64,000 nucleotides of DNA, taken from a virus. Below the pieces are notes generated by a model. It saw nothing but the letters and a program-made list of their open reading frames with translations, searched no databases and had not been told where the DNA came from. The stretch spans positions 32,001-96,000 of the IMG/VR virus record IMGVR_UViG_3300031918_000006. One strand, given 5' to 3'. Shown piece by piece: positions 49,474 to 59,298 of this stretch. Each line of letters begins with the position of its first letter. Within the stretch, counting starts at the first letter, position 1. The position numbers and the translations under genes were made by a program.

Positions 49474-50111
49474 GGTCTTGTCCTCCCAAAAGTATTGTTG
49501 GCTTTTATTATATAGCCCTCATTACTTAATTCATCACGTACATTTAAAAACTTAGGAGCTAATCTTAAAATAGGATCCCCAGTGATGTAATGTTGTAGTA
49601 AATTTATAACTTTAATAGAATCAGCTTCTCCCCATTTAGCTCTAGTTTCATCAAAATCTTTGAATAAAATAACAACTTTAGGTTCTATCCCTTGAGCCCT
49701 CCAACCTACTATATAAGAATTTAATCTTATCTCAGCTTTTGAGGCATTTTTAGACAGTTTTTCATGACTGATTACTCGATCAATTGTCCCTTTACCTACA
49801 TATAAAGGAGCATGATAAAAAGTTTTCCCTGCAAAAGTCCAGGTAACTTCGTAATCTGGGTATAAGAACATGTAAGTGACCCAGTTAGGTGTTTCACTCA
49901 TACTATCTTTATACTTATCCAGATGATCGCCAATATCTTTCAGATTAAATACAGCAGGTATCATATTCATGAAATCTGTTTTCTTTAACTGTAAATCATC
50001 TTTAGTTTCGCGATATTCTAATTTTTTGGTGGTTAAATCTCTTAATTCTAAAAGGTTACCATCATACTTATCTTTAGCGTTAAATTTGTCTTTAGTAGAC
50101 TGAATTATCAT
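49470..50111 (-). CDS. GIY-YIG (LEM-3-like) endonuclease
   Basis: VTYMFLYP...LYVGKGTIDRVISH...E...I...LN. Confidence 0.7.
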   Translation of the reverse strand: MIIQSTKDKFNAKDKYDGNLLELRDLTTKKLEYRETKDDLQLKKTDFMNMIPAVFNLKDIGDHLDKYKDSMSETPNWVTYMFLYPDYEVTWTFAGKTFYHAPLYVGKGTIDRVISHEKLSKNASKAEIRLNSYIVGWRAQGIEPKVVILFKDFDETRAKWGEADSIKVINLLQHYITGDPILRLAPKFLNVRDELSNEGYIIKANNTFGRTRP

Positions 50112-50112
50112 A

Positions 50113-50658
50113 TTATGCTTCTGGTACTACCACTTCTTCTACTCCAAAGAAAATGTATCTTCCTGGAATTATTTGAGGTGTCTGAATTTTTACTACTGCT
50201 GCTGAAGCAGTTCCTGCCGTCATTGTTTTACTGACATTGATGAGGATATCTGTGTTTAAAGTAACAGCTAATTCCTTAGCTTGTTTAATAACTTCTGCTT
50301 TCTTATCAGCAATTATAAAAGATGGGATGATGGGTAGTTCTGTTTTCACATCAACAAATTGATATACAGTTTTCCATTTACGAGTTCCAACTCCTACTAT
50401 GTTTTCAGACTTAACTGGTTTAGTAGGTTCAGTTACCTTATATTTTTGGATGATAACAAACGCACCTAGTCCGTTTTCTAATTGTGTTTTTTCTTTCAGC
50501 AAAAGTGCTGCAAATCCATCGATAGAATCGTCTATTTGTGGTTGTCCAGCTTTATTCCAAGCCTTAGTGGCATCTACCGCTAATTCAAAGTTTGCTTGAT
50601 CATTGAAGGTCTCGTCTAAAAAAGTACCTTCTGCATGTATTATTTTGATTGTTTGCAT
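50113..50658 (-). CDS. Hypothetical phage protein
   Basis: ORF in the operon; GTRKWKTVYQF...GRYIFFG. Confidence 0.6.
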   Translation of the reverse strand: MQTIKIIHAEGTFLDETFNDQANFELAVDATKAWNKAGQPQIDDSIDGFAALLLKEKTQLENGLGAFVIIQKYKVTEPTKPVKSENIVGVGTRKWKTVYQFVDVKTELPIIPSFIIADKKAEVIKQAKELAVTLNTDILINVSKTMTAGTASAAVVKIQTPQIIPGRYIFFGVEEVVVPEA

Positions 50659-50663
50659 TTTAT

Positions 50664-51020
50664 TTAAAATGGTAAAAAATTGTTTGTAACTTCTCTAATT
50701 TTTAGTACTTTATCTTTAATTTCTTTTAATCCTAAATCAGAGAATGGTTCTTGTTGACCTGAAAGAAGTGATTCACAATAAAAGGAAACTTTTATTAAAA
50801 ATTCTTCTAATCCTTGGCCCACATCATCATCTTTTATAAGTTTCTCTATCACATCTATTACTTTTACAGAAGAATCTCCTTTACGAAGATCTTGAGTAAT
50901 ATTACAAAGTAGTATTATGAGAGTAATTCTTTCTGTGTTTTTTATGCCAAAATCTAAGGCCCAGAATTCTTGAAATTCTTTTAGCTTTAAATTATAAGCA
51001 ACTTTATCTTTTATTTTCAT
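50664..51020 (-). CDS. Hypothetical protein
   Basis: ATGA-coupled to the upstream exonuclease gene. Confidence 0.6.
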   Translation of the reverse strand: MKIKDKVAYNLKLKEFQEFWALDFGIKNTERITLIILLCNITQDLRKGDSSVKVIDVIEKLIKDDDVGQGLEEFLIKVSFYCESLLSGQQEPFSDLGLKEIKDKVLKIREVTNNFLPF

Positions 51021-52111
51021 GGTATCATAACTGAATCGATTCCCTCTAATTCAGGAATTTTATAAAATGTATTTTTTGTATGATATGCAACCCGTTTCAC
51101 TAGGTCATTGTATTCCTTCATTCCTTTTTGTAAGGAATGTTGTCCAATTCTAAAAACTTGACAACGAAATGGATAAATAGTCTCCACAGCTACAATATTA
51201 ATTTGTAAATTCCATTCTCTTTCTCCATAAACTTTATTACAGTATGCTACTAACATAGCCATATAAAAGGCTAATTGCCTATTATAGTGATATTTTTGAT
51301 AACTACCTTCAATAAAAATTTGTTCACCCTCTTTATATTTATCTTCTTGCCATCTGCCTGGAAAAGATTGAATGGGACTTCCGGTTGATTTTAAGTCATT
51401 CATAATAATAGTATTGGTGTCTAAATCAATACTCCAATTATCAATCTTACCTTTAATGGGCATCACAATTTCTTCTTTTTCAAGACCATTAGTGAATCTA
51501 GCAATAATATCCATAAGAATTACATCTTCATCAAAAGAGATGACGTTCTCTGAAGTTTCTGGATATAGTAGAGCGAAAGCATGAGGATTTGCTTTTACGG
51601 ACCCTACACATTTTAAACATTTATCTCTTTGATCTGCTGTAAGTACAACCATTCCTGGTTTACTATCCTCTTTAAGAAAATCAAGATAGGCAGCGCCTTT
51701 TTCTTTAAGTGCCTTTAACCTAGCCTCTGTAAGACATGTACTGTAATAATCATGCGTTTTGCATGCTACAGTTAGGGCATCATCATAAGTTAAGGGATTT
51801 GACTCTCTTGTGCTTAATGTGTATGCTGTCTTGATAAGTAAGGACACCTTGCCACCTGGTTTTTCAAACTCTGAGAGATAATTTTTATCTTTCTCTAAGA
51901 GCAGAGCATGAATTGCTGATCCAAGTTCAAGTGCATTTGATTCAGAACTTTTTTGTTCTCTAAAGAATTTTTGAGGACTTCCACCTTGATCTGGATTAAT
52001 AAGAGCTAGTTTACTATTACTTATTGCTTCCAAAGCAAAATATTCAGGATCTTCCATTTTAATTCTTTCAACACTTTCTAGTACTGGGATTAATTCTATG
52101 TCTTCGAACAT
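51017..52111 (-). CDS. PD-(D/E)xK exonuclease (RecE/ExoVIII, DUF3799-like)
   Basis: ISNSKL, LGSAIHALLLE, KGKIDN, DLKST, YNRQLAFY. Confidence 0.8.
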   Translation of the reverse strand: MFEDIELIPVLESVERIKMEDPEYFALEAISNSKLALINPDQGGSPQKFFREQKSSESNALELGSAIHALLLEKDKNYLSEFEKPGGKVSLLIKTAYTLSTRESNPLTYDDALTVACKTHDYYSTCLTEARLKALKEKGAAYLDFLKEDSKPGMVVLTADQRDKCLKCVGSVKANPHAFALLYPETSENVISFDEDVILMDIIARFTNGLEKEEIVMPIKGKIDNWSIDLDTNTIIMNDLKSTGSPIQSFPGRWQEDKYKEGEQIFIEGSYQKYHYNRQLAFYMAMLVAYCNKVYGEREWNLQINIVAVETIYPFRCQVFRIGQHSLQKGMKEYNDLVKRVAYHTKNTFYKIPELEGIDSVMIP

Positions 52112-52113
52112 TT

Positions 52114-52500
52114 TTATACTTCTAGGTAAGTTGTATAAAATGCCATTACTTCTTTAAAATTAGGAGTAACAAGGAAGAAACCATCAACTGGTTCTATATC
52201 TAAAAATGAATTTTCAATAGTAGTTTCACATAGATAATTTTCAATCTCATCTTCTTCTATTCCAAGTGAAGTAAGTAAATCTTCTACGAATTCAGAGATA
52301 TCTTCATTTTCATTAATGTAATCAAACACATCAATTTCTTCAATTTCTAGATCTCCCATATCAATTAAGATACCTTTGATCATTTCATCTAGATCCTGAC
52401 AATCACATGTTTCTACATAAAATTCTTCGTCTTCAACGAAAATTTCTTTTACTTTTTGCTGTTCTAAACTTAAAACAGCCTGTTCCAATAAATTCTTCAT
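52114..52500 (-). CDS. Highly acidic small protein (candidate DNA mimic)
   Basis: About 37 of 128 residues are D/E by hand count, with 5 Lys and no Arg. Confidence 0.6.
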   Translation of the reverse strand: MKNLLEQAVLSLEQQKVKEIFVEDEEFYVETCDCQDLDEMIKGILIDMGDLEIEEIDVFDYINENEDISEFVEDLLTSLGIEEDEIENYLCETTIENSFLDIEPVDGFFLVTPNFKEVMAFYTTYLEV

Positions 52501-52514
52501 ATAAAATATATATA

Positions 52515-52540
52515 AAAAGGCCGGTATTATCCGGCCTTTT
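52515..52540. terminator. Intrinsic terminator after the rIIB-like gene
   Basis: AAAAGGCCGG-tattat-CCGGCCTTTT. Confidence 0.85.
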
Positions 52541-52545
52541 ATTGT

Positions 52546-53685
52546 TTAGAGAGCTAAAAGCTCAGCTTGTTTATCTTGTTGTTTCTTGATCTTTGCTTCA
52601 GAAAGAGAAATTGCTTCACTACGAAGTTTTTCCCATTCTTTAGTTGTATGAGCATCGTATTCAGATTCTCTGTAAAGATTCTTGTTTGGTGCAAATACTG
52701 CAGAGTGTACAAAGTACTCTCTAACTTTTAAAGCATCGAAATTACCACCTCTATAGAAAGAAGCAATATTAGCAGGATCAACGAAACAGTTCATCAAAAG
52801 ACGATCTGGTGCATCATATGCTTTAATGTAAGAAAGACCACCAATCCAAAGACCAGCAGACATGCTATCATTATTAGTATTTACTTCATTCCAATCTAAA
52901 GTATGGATCGCTCCAACTACGATACGATGTGCTTTCTCACCACCATTGATGGAAACTGGATCACATCCTTGTCCCATGATAGGTGGCTCAAGTGCATAAT
53001 CTTCAGCATAATCAGGTAATGTAATAGAAACTTTACCAGATTCTTCATCGTACACCTTAGTATAACGATCAACTCTTTCACCAGTTTCTTTATTAAACTT
53101 AGTAAAGATAACTCTACCATATTTATAGGTAGAAATTAAACCAGTTTTAGTAAGAGACACATCACGGAAAGTAGAACGTTCTGTAGCAACTTCAGAGGAC
53201 AAGCCATCTTCAGTCATAAGACGTTCTTTTTCTTTATGGTCTACTACAGTAGTAGTTAGATAAGAAGCAAATCTCTCTGCTTTATCCTTAGTAAAATAAG
53301 GATTTCTTAAGAATCTTGTCCAAGCATAAACTACTGGCATGTAGTCAATTTTCTTTTCAATACTCTCGATGATCCAGTCAACCAAGATCTTAGGTACTGG
53401 AATAGAAGAGACTACTCCTCTACTTTTTAGGTAATAACGATTTGTTTTACTGTTAAAAACCAACTCTTTACAAGCAGTTGTTACAATTTCAGACACAGTT
53501 GTCTGTACCAATGGTAATGTAGCAGCTAAAACAGCTTGAGCTTCTTCCATGGTTTCAGCAGCTTCAAATGCAGTTTCCTGTACTTTAAGAGCAGCATATA
53601 ATTCATCTGTGAAAAGTACATTGTACTTTGTTTCACCAATAATTCCTGAGAGTCTATCTCCCAATTTGTTAATCAATAATTTCAT
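52546..53685 (-). CDS. rIIB: RIIB-like protein
   Basis: Directly follows the rIIA-like gene; W..FLRNP, GL..YK and GLWIGGLSYI...VDPANI resemble the rIIB core. Confidence 0.65.
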   Translation of the reverse strand: MKLLINKLGDRLSGIIGETKYNVLFTDELYAALKVQETAFEAAETMEEAQAVLAATLPLVQTTVSEIVTTACKELVFNSKTNRYYLKSRGVVSSIPVPKILVDWIIESIEKKIDYMPVVYAWTRFLRNPYFTKDKAERFASYLTTTVVDHKEKERLMTEDGLSSEVATERSTFRDVSLTKTGLISTYKYGRVIFTKFNKETGERVDRYTKVYDEESGKVSITLPDYAEDYALEPPIMGQGCDPVSINGGEKAHRIVVGAIHTLDWNEVNTNNDSMSAGLWIGGLSYIKAYDAPDRLLMNCFVDPANIASFYRGGNFDALKVREYFVHSAVFAPNKNLYRESEYDAHTTKEWEKLRSEAISLSEAKIKKQQDKQAELLAL

Positions 53686-53700
53686 TCTTTGTTTTTAAAT

Positions 53701-56340
53701 TTAACAACATAAATCAGGGTAATCCTTTTCAAGTCTATCCCTTTTAATTTCAATAATTTCTTTAATCTCCATAGCTAATGCTGGAGTAATTTTTGAAGAA
53801 TAGTCATTTAAACAACTAATCTCCGAGAACAACACTCCAAATACGGAGTCAAAGTCAAGAACCCATTCTAATTTATCTAGAATAGTTTTTTCGAAAACTT
53901 CCACATGAATGTAGTCATCATCTCCAAACTTTTCAATACATAATTTAGTGGCTTCTTCTAATCCTTCATTCAAGATAGAAGTTTGTACACTAATGCTATT
54001 ATCAAGGAAAGTCTTCCAGGCAGCAGGTAAAACACCGAATGTCTTATCCCACCCATATACTTTGTTGAAGTCATTAATATACTTAGTAATTTCCTCATAA
54101 GTAGTTTTTAAAGTAACACTATGTTCCTCTAATTTAGTAAAATATTTATTTCTACCATTAATCTTATGAGATATCATTCTTGCAGTAAAGATTTTCTTTA
54201 ATTCAGGACACAAAGTTTTACCTTCGGCTCCAAATAAATATTTCTCCACATGTGTATAGGATCTAAAATGTTTTTCAATCTGTTTAGAGATTATACATAC
54301 TCTAGGGTTTCCTTTAAATGGCGTAGAAGCGTCATCAGTAAATCTTTTATCTTCCCTACTAATAACATATAAGAAATGTAGTAGAGGTAAATCTTCTTTA
54401 GTCCCATAGACTATAGTATCTGTGCAATCTTGTAAATCTGAGAGTTTCATTTCAGTTTTTGATGAAATTAATTGGGTATCCCCTTCAATTCTGGGATACT
54501 GTATTAGAATTTTTCCGTTGAGTTTTCTAAGTTTATTATAGTCTATTTTTTCAGCAGGGACTGTTAAGTCCACTATGTCTTCAGAAACAACTTCTTCATC
54601 ATCGGGATCAGCGTCTGCTTTAAAACCAGCAGGGACTACTATGTTTTCATATAAAGGAAGATTCTGATCTAAAATAACAGATAAGAAATATAAACCATTT
54701 GTATAGCTTTTAATTCTTTCTTTTAATTTATCTTTATCCTCAACTATACTTAGTAGTTTCATTAATGGAACTTGATCTACAGCTTCTTCATAAGTAATGG
54801 TCTTTTCCATGAAATCTTTAACGATTTTTTTGTACTCATCTCCACTTCCTTTAGATGCTTTTATAATCAAATTGATCTTATCATCTTTACAGATATATGC
54901 AGATTTAAGTACTTCAGAATGACCTGTTTGTACATAAACCTTAGCTAATTGTAATATATTAGAGGTATTAACGTCTTCATATTTCAATTTATTTACATAG
55001 TCTCTTTTAACTGAGCTATATTCTCTAACTTTTTTAAGAGACTTAGTTTCAATATAAGAAGAATTTATCATAGCTGATAAAGTCTGACTATATTTAATCT
55101 TAGTGTCCTTATATTTAAGAGATAAAGAACTAAAACCAGTAAGACTGGCAAGATTCGAGAGAATCTTAAGTTCCTTAGAAGCTCCATTATTCATGGTATT
55201 GATAGCTGCACAATTTTGTGCCCAATCTATAAAACCTAACTTAGATAAAGTATCATTTATCAGTTTTTCAGAGGTTTTAGCAAGATTATCATATTTCATG
55301 AGAATACCTTCTTTTGTCTTAGTATCCCACACACAAGATTCTCTAGACGGAGTAACAGTGATGTCCTCCATGTTTACTTTCAAACCTAAAGAACCATATT
55401 TTTGATCTAATTCTAATTCCTGGAAATCAATAAAACCATAACATACACCACCAATGATAAGATGGGGACGTGAATAGTAATGTTGCTCTGCAAGAATATA
55501 GTCTTCTGTTTCTTGTAAGATTGTAGCTTGAAAATTAATATCTTCTACCCAATCGGTATGTTTTACTACAAATTTAAGTGGATTCTTAAAGTATAGTAGT
55601 TGAGACTTTACAGCATCAATATAGTCTCGTTTTTGATGTTTTTTAACATCCCAAGAAATTTCAACAAAATTCTTTGCCTCAGTTTTCTTGTAATAAACCA
55701 CATATCCATTACTAAATGTGATAGAATCATTTAAGGTTCCATCTAAGTTCCATTTAGAATAACAATTATCAATCTTATCTTTGTAGATAAGAAAGTGGAA
55801 TTCTTTACCGTTATGTGCGGTTTTTAAAGTGTAATAATCAACTCCCGTAGCAAGAGGTGATTTACAACCTAACCCAAAGGTTCCTAATGTTTTAGTACTT
55901 AATCTTTTAGTACTGTATGATATTTTAAAATATCCTTCTAGTCTTTTTCCTCCAAGACCTACGCCATTATCTTTAATAATGACTTTATCTCTAAGTTCTG
56001 AACCACCAGTTTCTACATAAGTCATGTAGACATTATCATCATTTGAAAGATACTTTGCATCATAGTAATCTTTATCAAATCTACTATCCCTATAAATATC
56101 TCCTTCTCTTTCTACATAGAATTCACCCATTCTTTCTGGGTGAGCAAGGAGTATTTTAGCAATGTTTCTTTCCGTGATTGAATCAATTGCATTACTACAA
56201 CTTTCCCTCATAGAACTCTTTACGGGAAACTGATAGATATAAATCTGCACTGTATCCAATAACAGTGATATTCCGGCTTCATCTATTTCCTTTCGGTAAC
56301 CAGATGACCCTTCAGTTATTTCTTGATTTAATACTGACAT
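53701..56340 (-). CDS. rIIA: RIIA-like protein with a GHKL ATPase N-terminus
   Basis: RESCSNAIDS, IKDNGVGL, STK..GTFGLGCKS, VTPSRES. Confidence 0.75.
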   Translation of the reverse strand: MSVLNQEITEGSSGYRKEIDEAGISLLLDTVQIYIYQFPVKSSMRESCSNAIDSITERNIAKILLAHPERMGEFYVEREGDIYRDSRFDKDYYDAKYLSNDDNVYMTYVETGGSELRDKVIIKDNGVGLGGKRLEGYFKISYSTKRLSTKTLGTFGLGCKSPLATGVDYYTLKTAHNGKEFHFLIYKDKIDNCYSKWNLDGTLNDSITFSNGYVVYYKKTEAKNFVEISWDVKKHQKRDYIDAVKSQLLYFKNPLKFVVKHTDWVEDINFQATILQETEDYILAEQHYYSRPHLIIGGVCYGFIDFQELELDQKYGSLGLKVNMEDITVTPSRESCVWDTKTKEGILMKYDNLAKTSEKLINDTLSKLGFIDWAQNCAAINTMNNGASKELKILSNLASLTGFSSLSLKYKDTKIKYSQTLSAMINSSYIETKSLKKVREYSSVKRDYVNKLKYEDVNTSNILQLAKVYVQTGHSEVLKSAYICKDDKINLIIKASKGSGDEYKKIVKDFMEKTITYEEAVDQVPLMKLLSIVEDKDKLKERIKSYTNGLYFLSVILDQNLPLYENIVVPAGFKADADPDDEEVVSEDIVDLTVPAEKIDYNKLRKLNGKILIQYPRIEGDTQLISSKTEMKLSDLQDCTDTIVYGTKEDLPLLHFLYVISREDKRFTDDASTPFKGNPRVCIISKQIEKHFRSYTHVEKYLFGAEGKTLCPELKKIFTARMISHKINGRNKYFTKLEEHSVTLKTTYEEITKYINDFNKVYGWDKTFGVLPAAWKTFLDNSISVQTSILNEGLEEATKLCIEKFGDDDYIHVEVFEKTILDKLEWVLDFDSVFGVLFSEISCLNDYSSKITPALAMEIKEIIEIKRDRLEKDYPDLCC

Positions 56341-56368
56341 TCTTTATTTTTAATCTTAATTCTTATTC

Positions 56369-56626
56369 TTATCTTATTTTTTCTATTAAGTCCATAGGCA
56401 CTTCTTTAACAGGAGCTTTTCTCATAGTTTCTATTATATCTAAAGTAGATATTGTATACTTTTGTAAATCACATACAGAATAATCCATATTATTATAACT
56501 TCTATAATTTATTCTAAATAAACAAAGTACTCCTCCTCTTTCTACTAAAATATATTCTATTCTCCCATCAGTACCTTTTGAGGAATTAATTATTTGCTCG
56601 GGTCTACAATTACCATATAAAAACAT
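56369..56626 (-). CDS. Hypothetical protein
   Basis: TAATG-coupled ORF. Confidence 0.5.
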   Translation of the reverse strand: MFLYGNCRPEQIINSSKGTDGRIEYILVERGGVLCLFRINYRSYNNMDYSVCDLQKYTISTLDIIETMRKAPVKEVPMDLIEKIR

Positions 56627-57435
56627 TAAAATCCATCTAAATTAAATAGTCTTCTTGCTCCTACGTCAAATTGCTTATTAGCAGGGGTATCCATTAAATA
56701 ACCAGTAATTCCAATACTTTCAGCCTCAATCATATTGTCTAGTTTATCATCAATTAAGATGTTTGCACCAGATTTCTTTAAAGATTCTTTCTTTGATTCT
56801 CCCCATGGAACCACATAAATAGGTCTACAAGGTAAATTATTTTTCTCTAAAGATTCTTTAATCCATTCGATTGGAATGGAACGAGCTGTGATATAACAAT
56901 GAGGAACAAATTTAGGAAAATGCTTTACCGGCAAGTTAACCCAAAAATCTTTATCACTCTCTAATTCTTTAAGTTGTGCTGATGTAGCATAACTAAAATC
57001 CCACCACATTATGCTCTCTTTGATGCCATATCTTTCTGCAAATGCAGGACTCCAATCAAAAATGCAATCATCTAAATCAAGGGCAACCTTTTTATTGTAT
57101 TTTTCCCATGCTTTAGGCCTATTATCCAACTCAGGATGAGTTTTATAATATTCTTTGATGAATGCGGCATTTGTAAGTACATGATCTATATGTAATAAAC
57201 CACTTTCTTTGTCAAAATCTTCTCCTCCTCTGAATGCTTCAAAATGTCTAAATAGACTTGCTGCAACAGATTCCCAGGATAATCCTTTTTCCCAATTTCT
57301 TACTCCTCCTTCTGCACTATATTTAGCATCACCATAAGTTAAAACTTCTGCTAATCCTTTTAAAGCGGAGGTCGGTATTAAATCATACCGTAATTTGTTT
57401 TTATTAAAGCGTAATGCTTTAGGTTTTTCTTCCAT
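56626..57435 (-). CDS. DUF5664-like nucleotide diphosphohydrolase fused to a HAD 5'-nucleotidase-like domain
   Basis: KLRYDLIP...AEVLTYGDAKY...NWEKG...RH...DKESGLLH; C-terminal ALDLDDCI, ITAR, LIDDK. Confidence 0.75.
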   Translation of the reverse strand: MEEKPKALRFNKNKLRYDLIPTSALKGLAEVLTYGDAKYSAEGGVRNWEKGLSWESVAASLFRHFEAFRGGEDFDKESGLLHIDHVLTNAAFIKEYYKTHPELDNRPKAWEKYNKKVALDLDDCIFDWSPAFAERYGIKESIMWWDFSYATSAQLKELESDKDFWVNLPVKHFPKFVPHCYITARSIPIEWIKESLEKNNLPCRPIYVVPWGESKKESLKKSGANILIDDKLDNMIEAESIGITGYLMDTPANKQFDVGARRLFNLDGF

Positions 57436-57731
57436 TATTTCTTTTTTAATCTGCCCCAGATAACTACATCACACGGATAGTAATTAGCTGATACTCTTTT
57501 ACGACAATCTTTAAATTGCCATTTATCCCAAGTCTTTGACTTAAATTTATGGAAAGTGGTTAATGTAAACATACAAATATCACTAGGCAATCCAATACGA
57601 GGTACTCCTCGTGTAGTTTCATCTGAACTTTGTAATACAATCCAAACTTCTTCCTTATCTTCTGGTAATTTTACAAAAGGATTATAAAATTCCATAGTAA
57701 TAAGATCCATTTTTACAGTTGTATCTATCAT
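57435..57731 (-). CDS. DUF551-like small protein (paralog 1)
   Basis: EFY...KLPEDKEEVWIV...VVIWGRL. Confidence 0.6.
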   Translation of the reverse strand: MIDTTVKMDLITMEFYNPFVKLPEDKEEVWIVLQSSDETTRGVPRIGLPSDICMFTLTTFHKFKSKTWDKWQFKDCRKRVSANYYPCDVVIWGRLKKK

Positions 57732-57735
57732 AATT

Positions 57736-57990
57736 TTATTTCTTTTTTAATCTACCCCAACATTTAATATCGGCTTTTCTATAATCCTTATAACCATATT
57801 CTCCAATTTCTGCAAATCTGGGAGGAGTTTTTTTGTAAATATGTGCTTTACATACTGTAATTTCTTCTTGAAATCTAGGATAACGAGAAGAAGCTCCTTC
57901 TTTAATTACCATGATTACTTGTTCTTGATTTTCTGGGAGTTCTTCATTAATATCAAAAAATTCCATTTCAACTCCATCAAATATTTTCAT
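57736..57990 (-). CDS. DUF551-like small protein (paralog 2)
   Basis: EFF...ELPENQEQVIMV...IKCWGRL. Confidence 0.6.
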   Translation of the reverse strand: MKIFDGVEMEFFDINEELPENQEQVIMVIKEGASSRYPRFQEEITVCKAHIYKKTPPRFAEIGEYGYKDYRKADIKCWGRLKKK

Positions 57991-58274
57991 GGTTTAAGTC
58001 TCCCCCAACAGACTATGTCATCGGCTATGTGTTGCTCATGACGACTTCCAGTTGCATCAAAGAATACTATTCTCTCTTTTTTATAAATTTTAGTTCTACA
58101 AACTCTTAAAAGAGAAAATGGATTATTTCCAATTGTATAGATATGCCCTCTAACACCTGTCCAAGTTTTTGCAGGAGATTCTTGTTTTAAAACCAATAAA
58201 ACAAACTCACCCTGATTAGGATGATCAGTTTTAATATCAAACATTTCTATATTTACTGTGGGAAATATTATCAT
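57987..58274 (-). CDS. DUF551-like small protein (paralog 3)
   Basis: EMF...DHPNQGEFVLLV...IVCWGRL. Confidence 0.6.
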   Translation of the reverse strand: MIIFPTVNIEMFDIKTDHPNQGEFVLLVLKQESPAKTWTGVRGHIYTIGNNPFSLLRVCRTKIYKKERIVFFDATGSRHEQHIADDIVCWGRLKP

Positions 58275-58525
58275 TTCTTCAACTTTATATTAAAGTGCTT
58301 CATGAATGCAGAGGCAACTGCATTTCTCCCAAACGCATCATTAGCTGTCATTTTGCTAATAGTTCTCTTATCAGTGCCATAAGTAAGAATCGTTAATTCT
58401 TCTTGACTTAATTCAAAAGTATCTCCAAAAAATTCTTCTATAGAAGGCCCTTTGAAGTTCTTTATTTCCTCTATTTGAGCTTTTACATAATCTTCAGCAC
58501 TTGTAATTTCTTTATTCTTTGCCAT
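58271..58525 (-). CDS. Hypothetical protein
   Basis: Overlapping operon ORF. Confidence 0.55.
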   Translation of the reverse strand: MAKNKEITSAEDYVKAQIEEIKNFKGPSIEEFFGDTFELSQEELTILTYGTDKRTISKMTANDAFGRNAVASAFMKHFNIKLKK

Positions 58526-59009
58526 CTTGTTTTAAAATTAATTTAACAGTTTGATCGACTTGTAAATGATTTTTAGGCATGTATAATGTATAATCTAATT
58601 GTTTTTGATTTAAATATCTTTTAAATAATTTAAATCTCATATTAAACACATCAGTTTGTACCCCTTTTGTTTCTATAATCCAATCTTTTCCTACAAAATC
58701 TGGAGTATATTTTATGCTTTGTAAATTTTGTGACTTGGGTCTTAACAAATTTCCCATTCGTTTATCTGCTTCATATGAAACATTTTCACTCTTAAAACCC
58801 TCTATTAATACGTAGGTTGTGGGTTCATATTTAAAGTCTATCTCAGCTTTTTGTAAAGCTTTGTAACAATACACTTCTAAACTACTTTGAAATTTAACTC
58901 CATCATACTCAGATTTTACTGATCTAGCTTTACGTGGAACCTTTACTTTAGGCACTTTAATTACCTTAGGTTTTGGATCCTTTTTAATTCTTACTTTCTT
59001 CATTATCAA
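58512..59009 (-). CDS. T7 endonuclease I-like / DUF1064 PD-(D/E)xK nuclease (probable junction resolvase)
   Basis: YDGVKFQSSLE, YEP, YTPDF, IETKG. Confidence 0.8.
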   Translation of the reverse strand: MIMKKVRIKKDPKPKVIKVPKVKVPRKARSVKSEYDGVKFQSSLEVYCYKALQKAEIDFKYEPTTYVLIEGFKSENVSYEADKRMGNLLRPKSQNLQSIKYTPDFVGKDWIIETKGVQTDVFNMRFKLFKRYLNQKQLDYTLYMPKNHLQVDQTVKLILKQDGKE

Positions 59010-59298
59010 AATTTAGATAATGCAGTTGTCCCCAATAAGCTACTTTGTCTATTGGTATTTTAACTACAGTCTTCTTGCCTGAATATACAAAATAAGGTGG
59101 ACCACTTCTGTATTTTTTTAAGTAACCACTAAATATCCTACCATAATCTAAGAAGTTTTGAGTTTTTTTATCTAAGACCACAAAGGACTCATATGTTATA
59201 AACACAATTTGTCCATTAGGTCTAGGTAACATTTCCGAAGTCTTATAAAAATCTAAATTTAAGTTTTTTTTTATTTCTGATAAATCTAATTTATCCAT
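58984..59298 (-). CDS. DUF551-like small protein (paralog 4)
   Basis: DFY..SEMLPRPNGQIVFI...VAYWGQL. Confidence 0.55.
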   Translation of the reverse strand: MDKLDLSEIKKNLNLDFYKTSEMLPRPNGQIVFITYESFVVLDKKTQNFLDYGRIFSGYLKKYRSGPPYFVYSGKKTVVKIPIDKVAYWGQLHYLNFDNEESKN

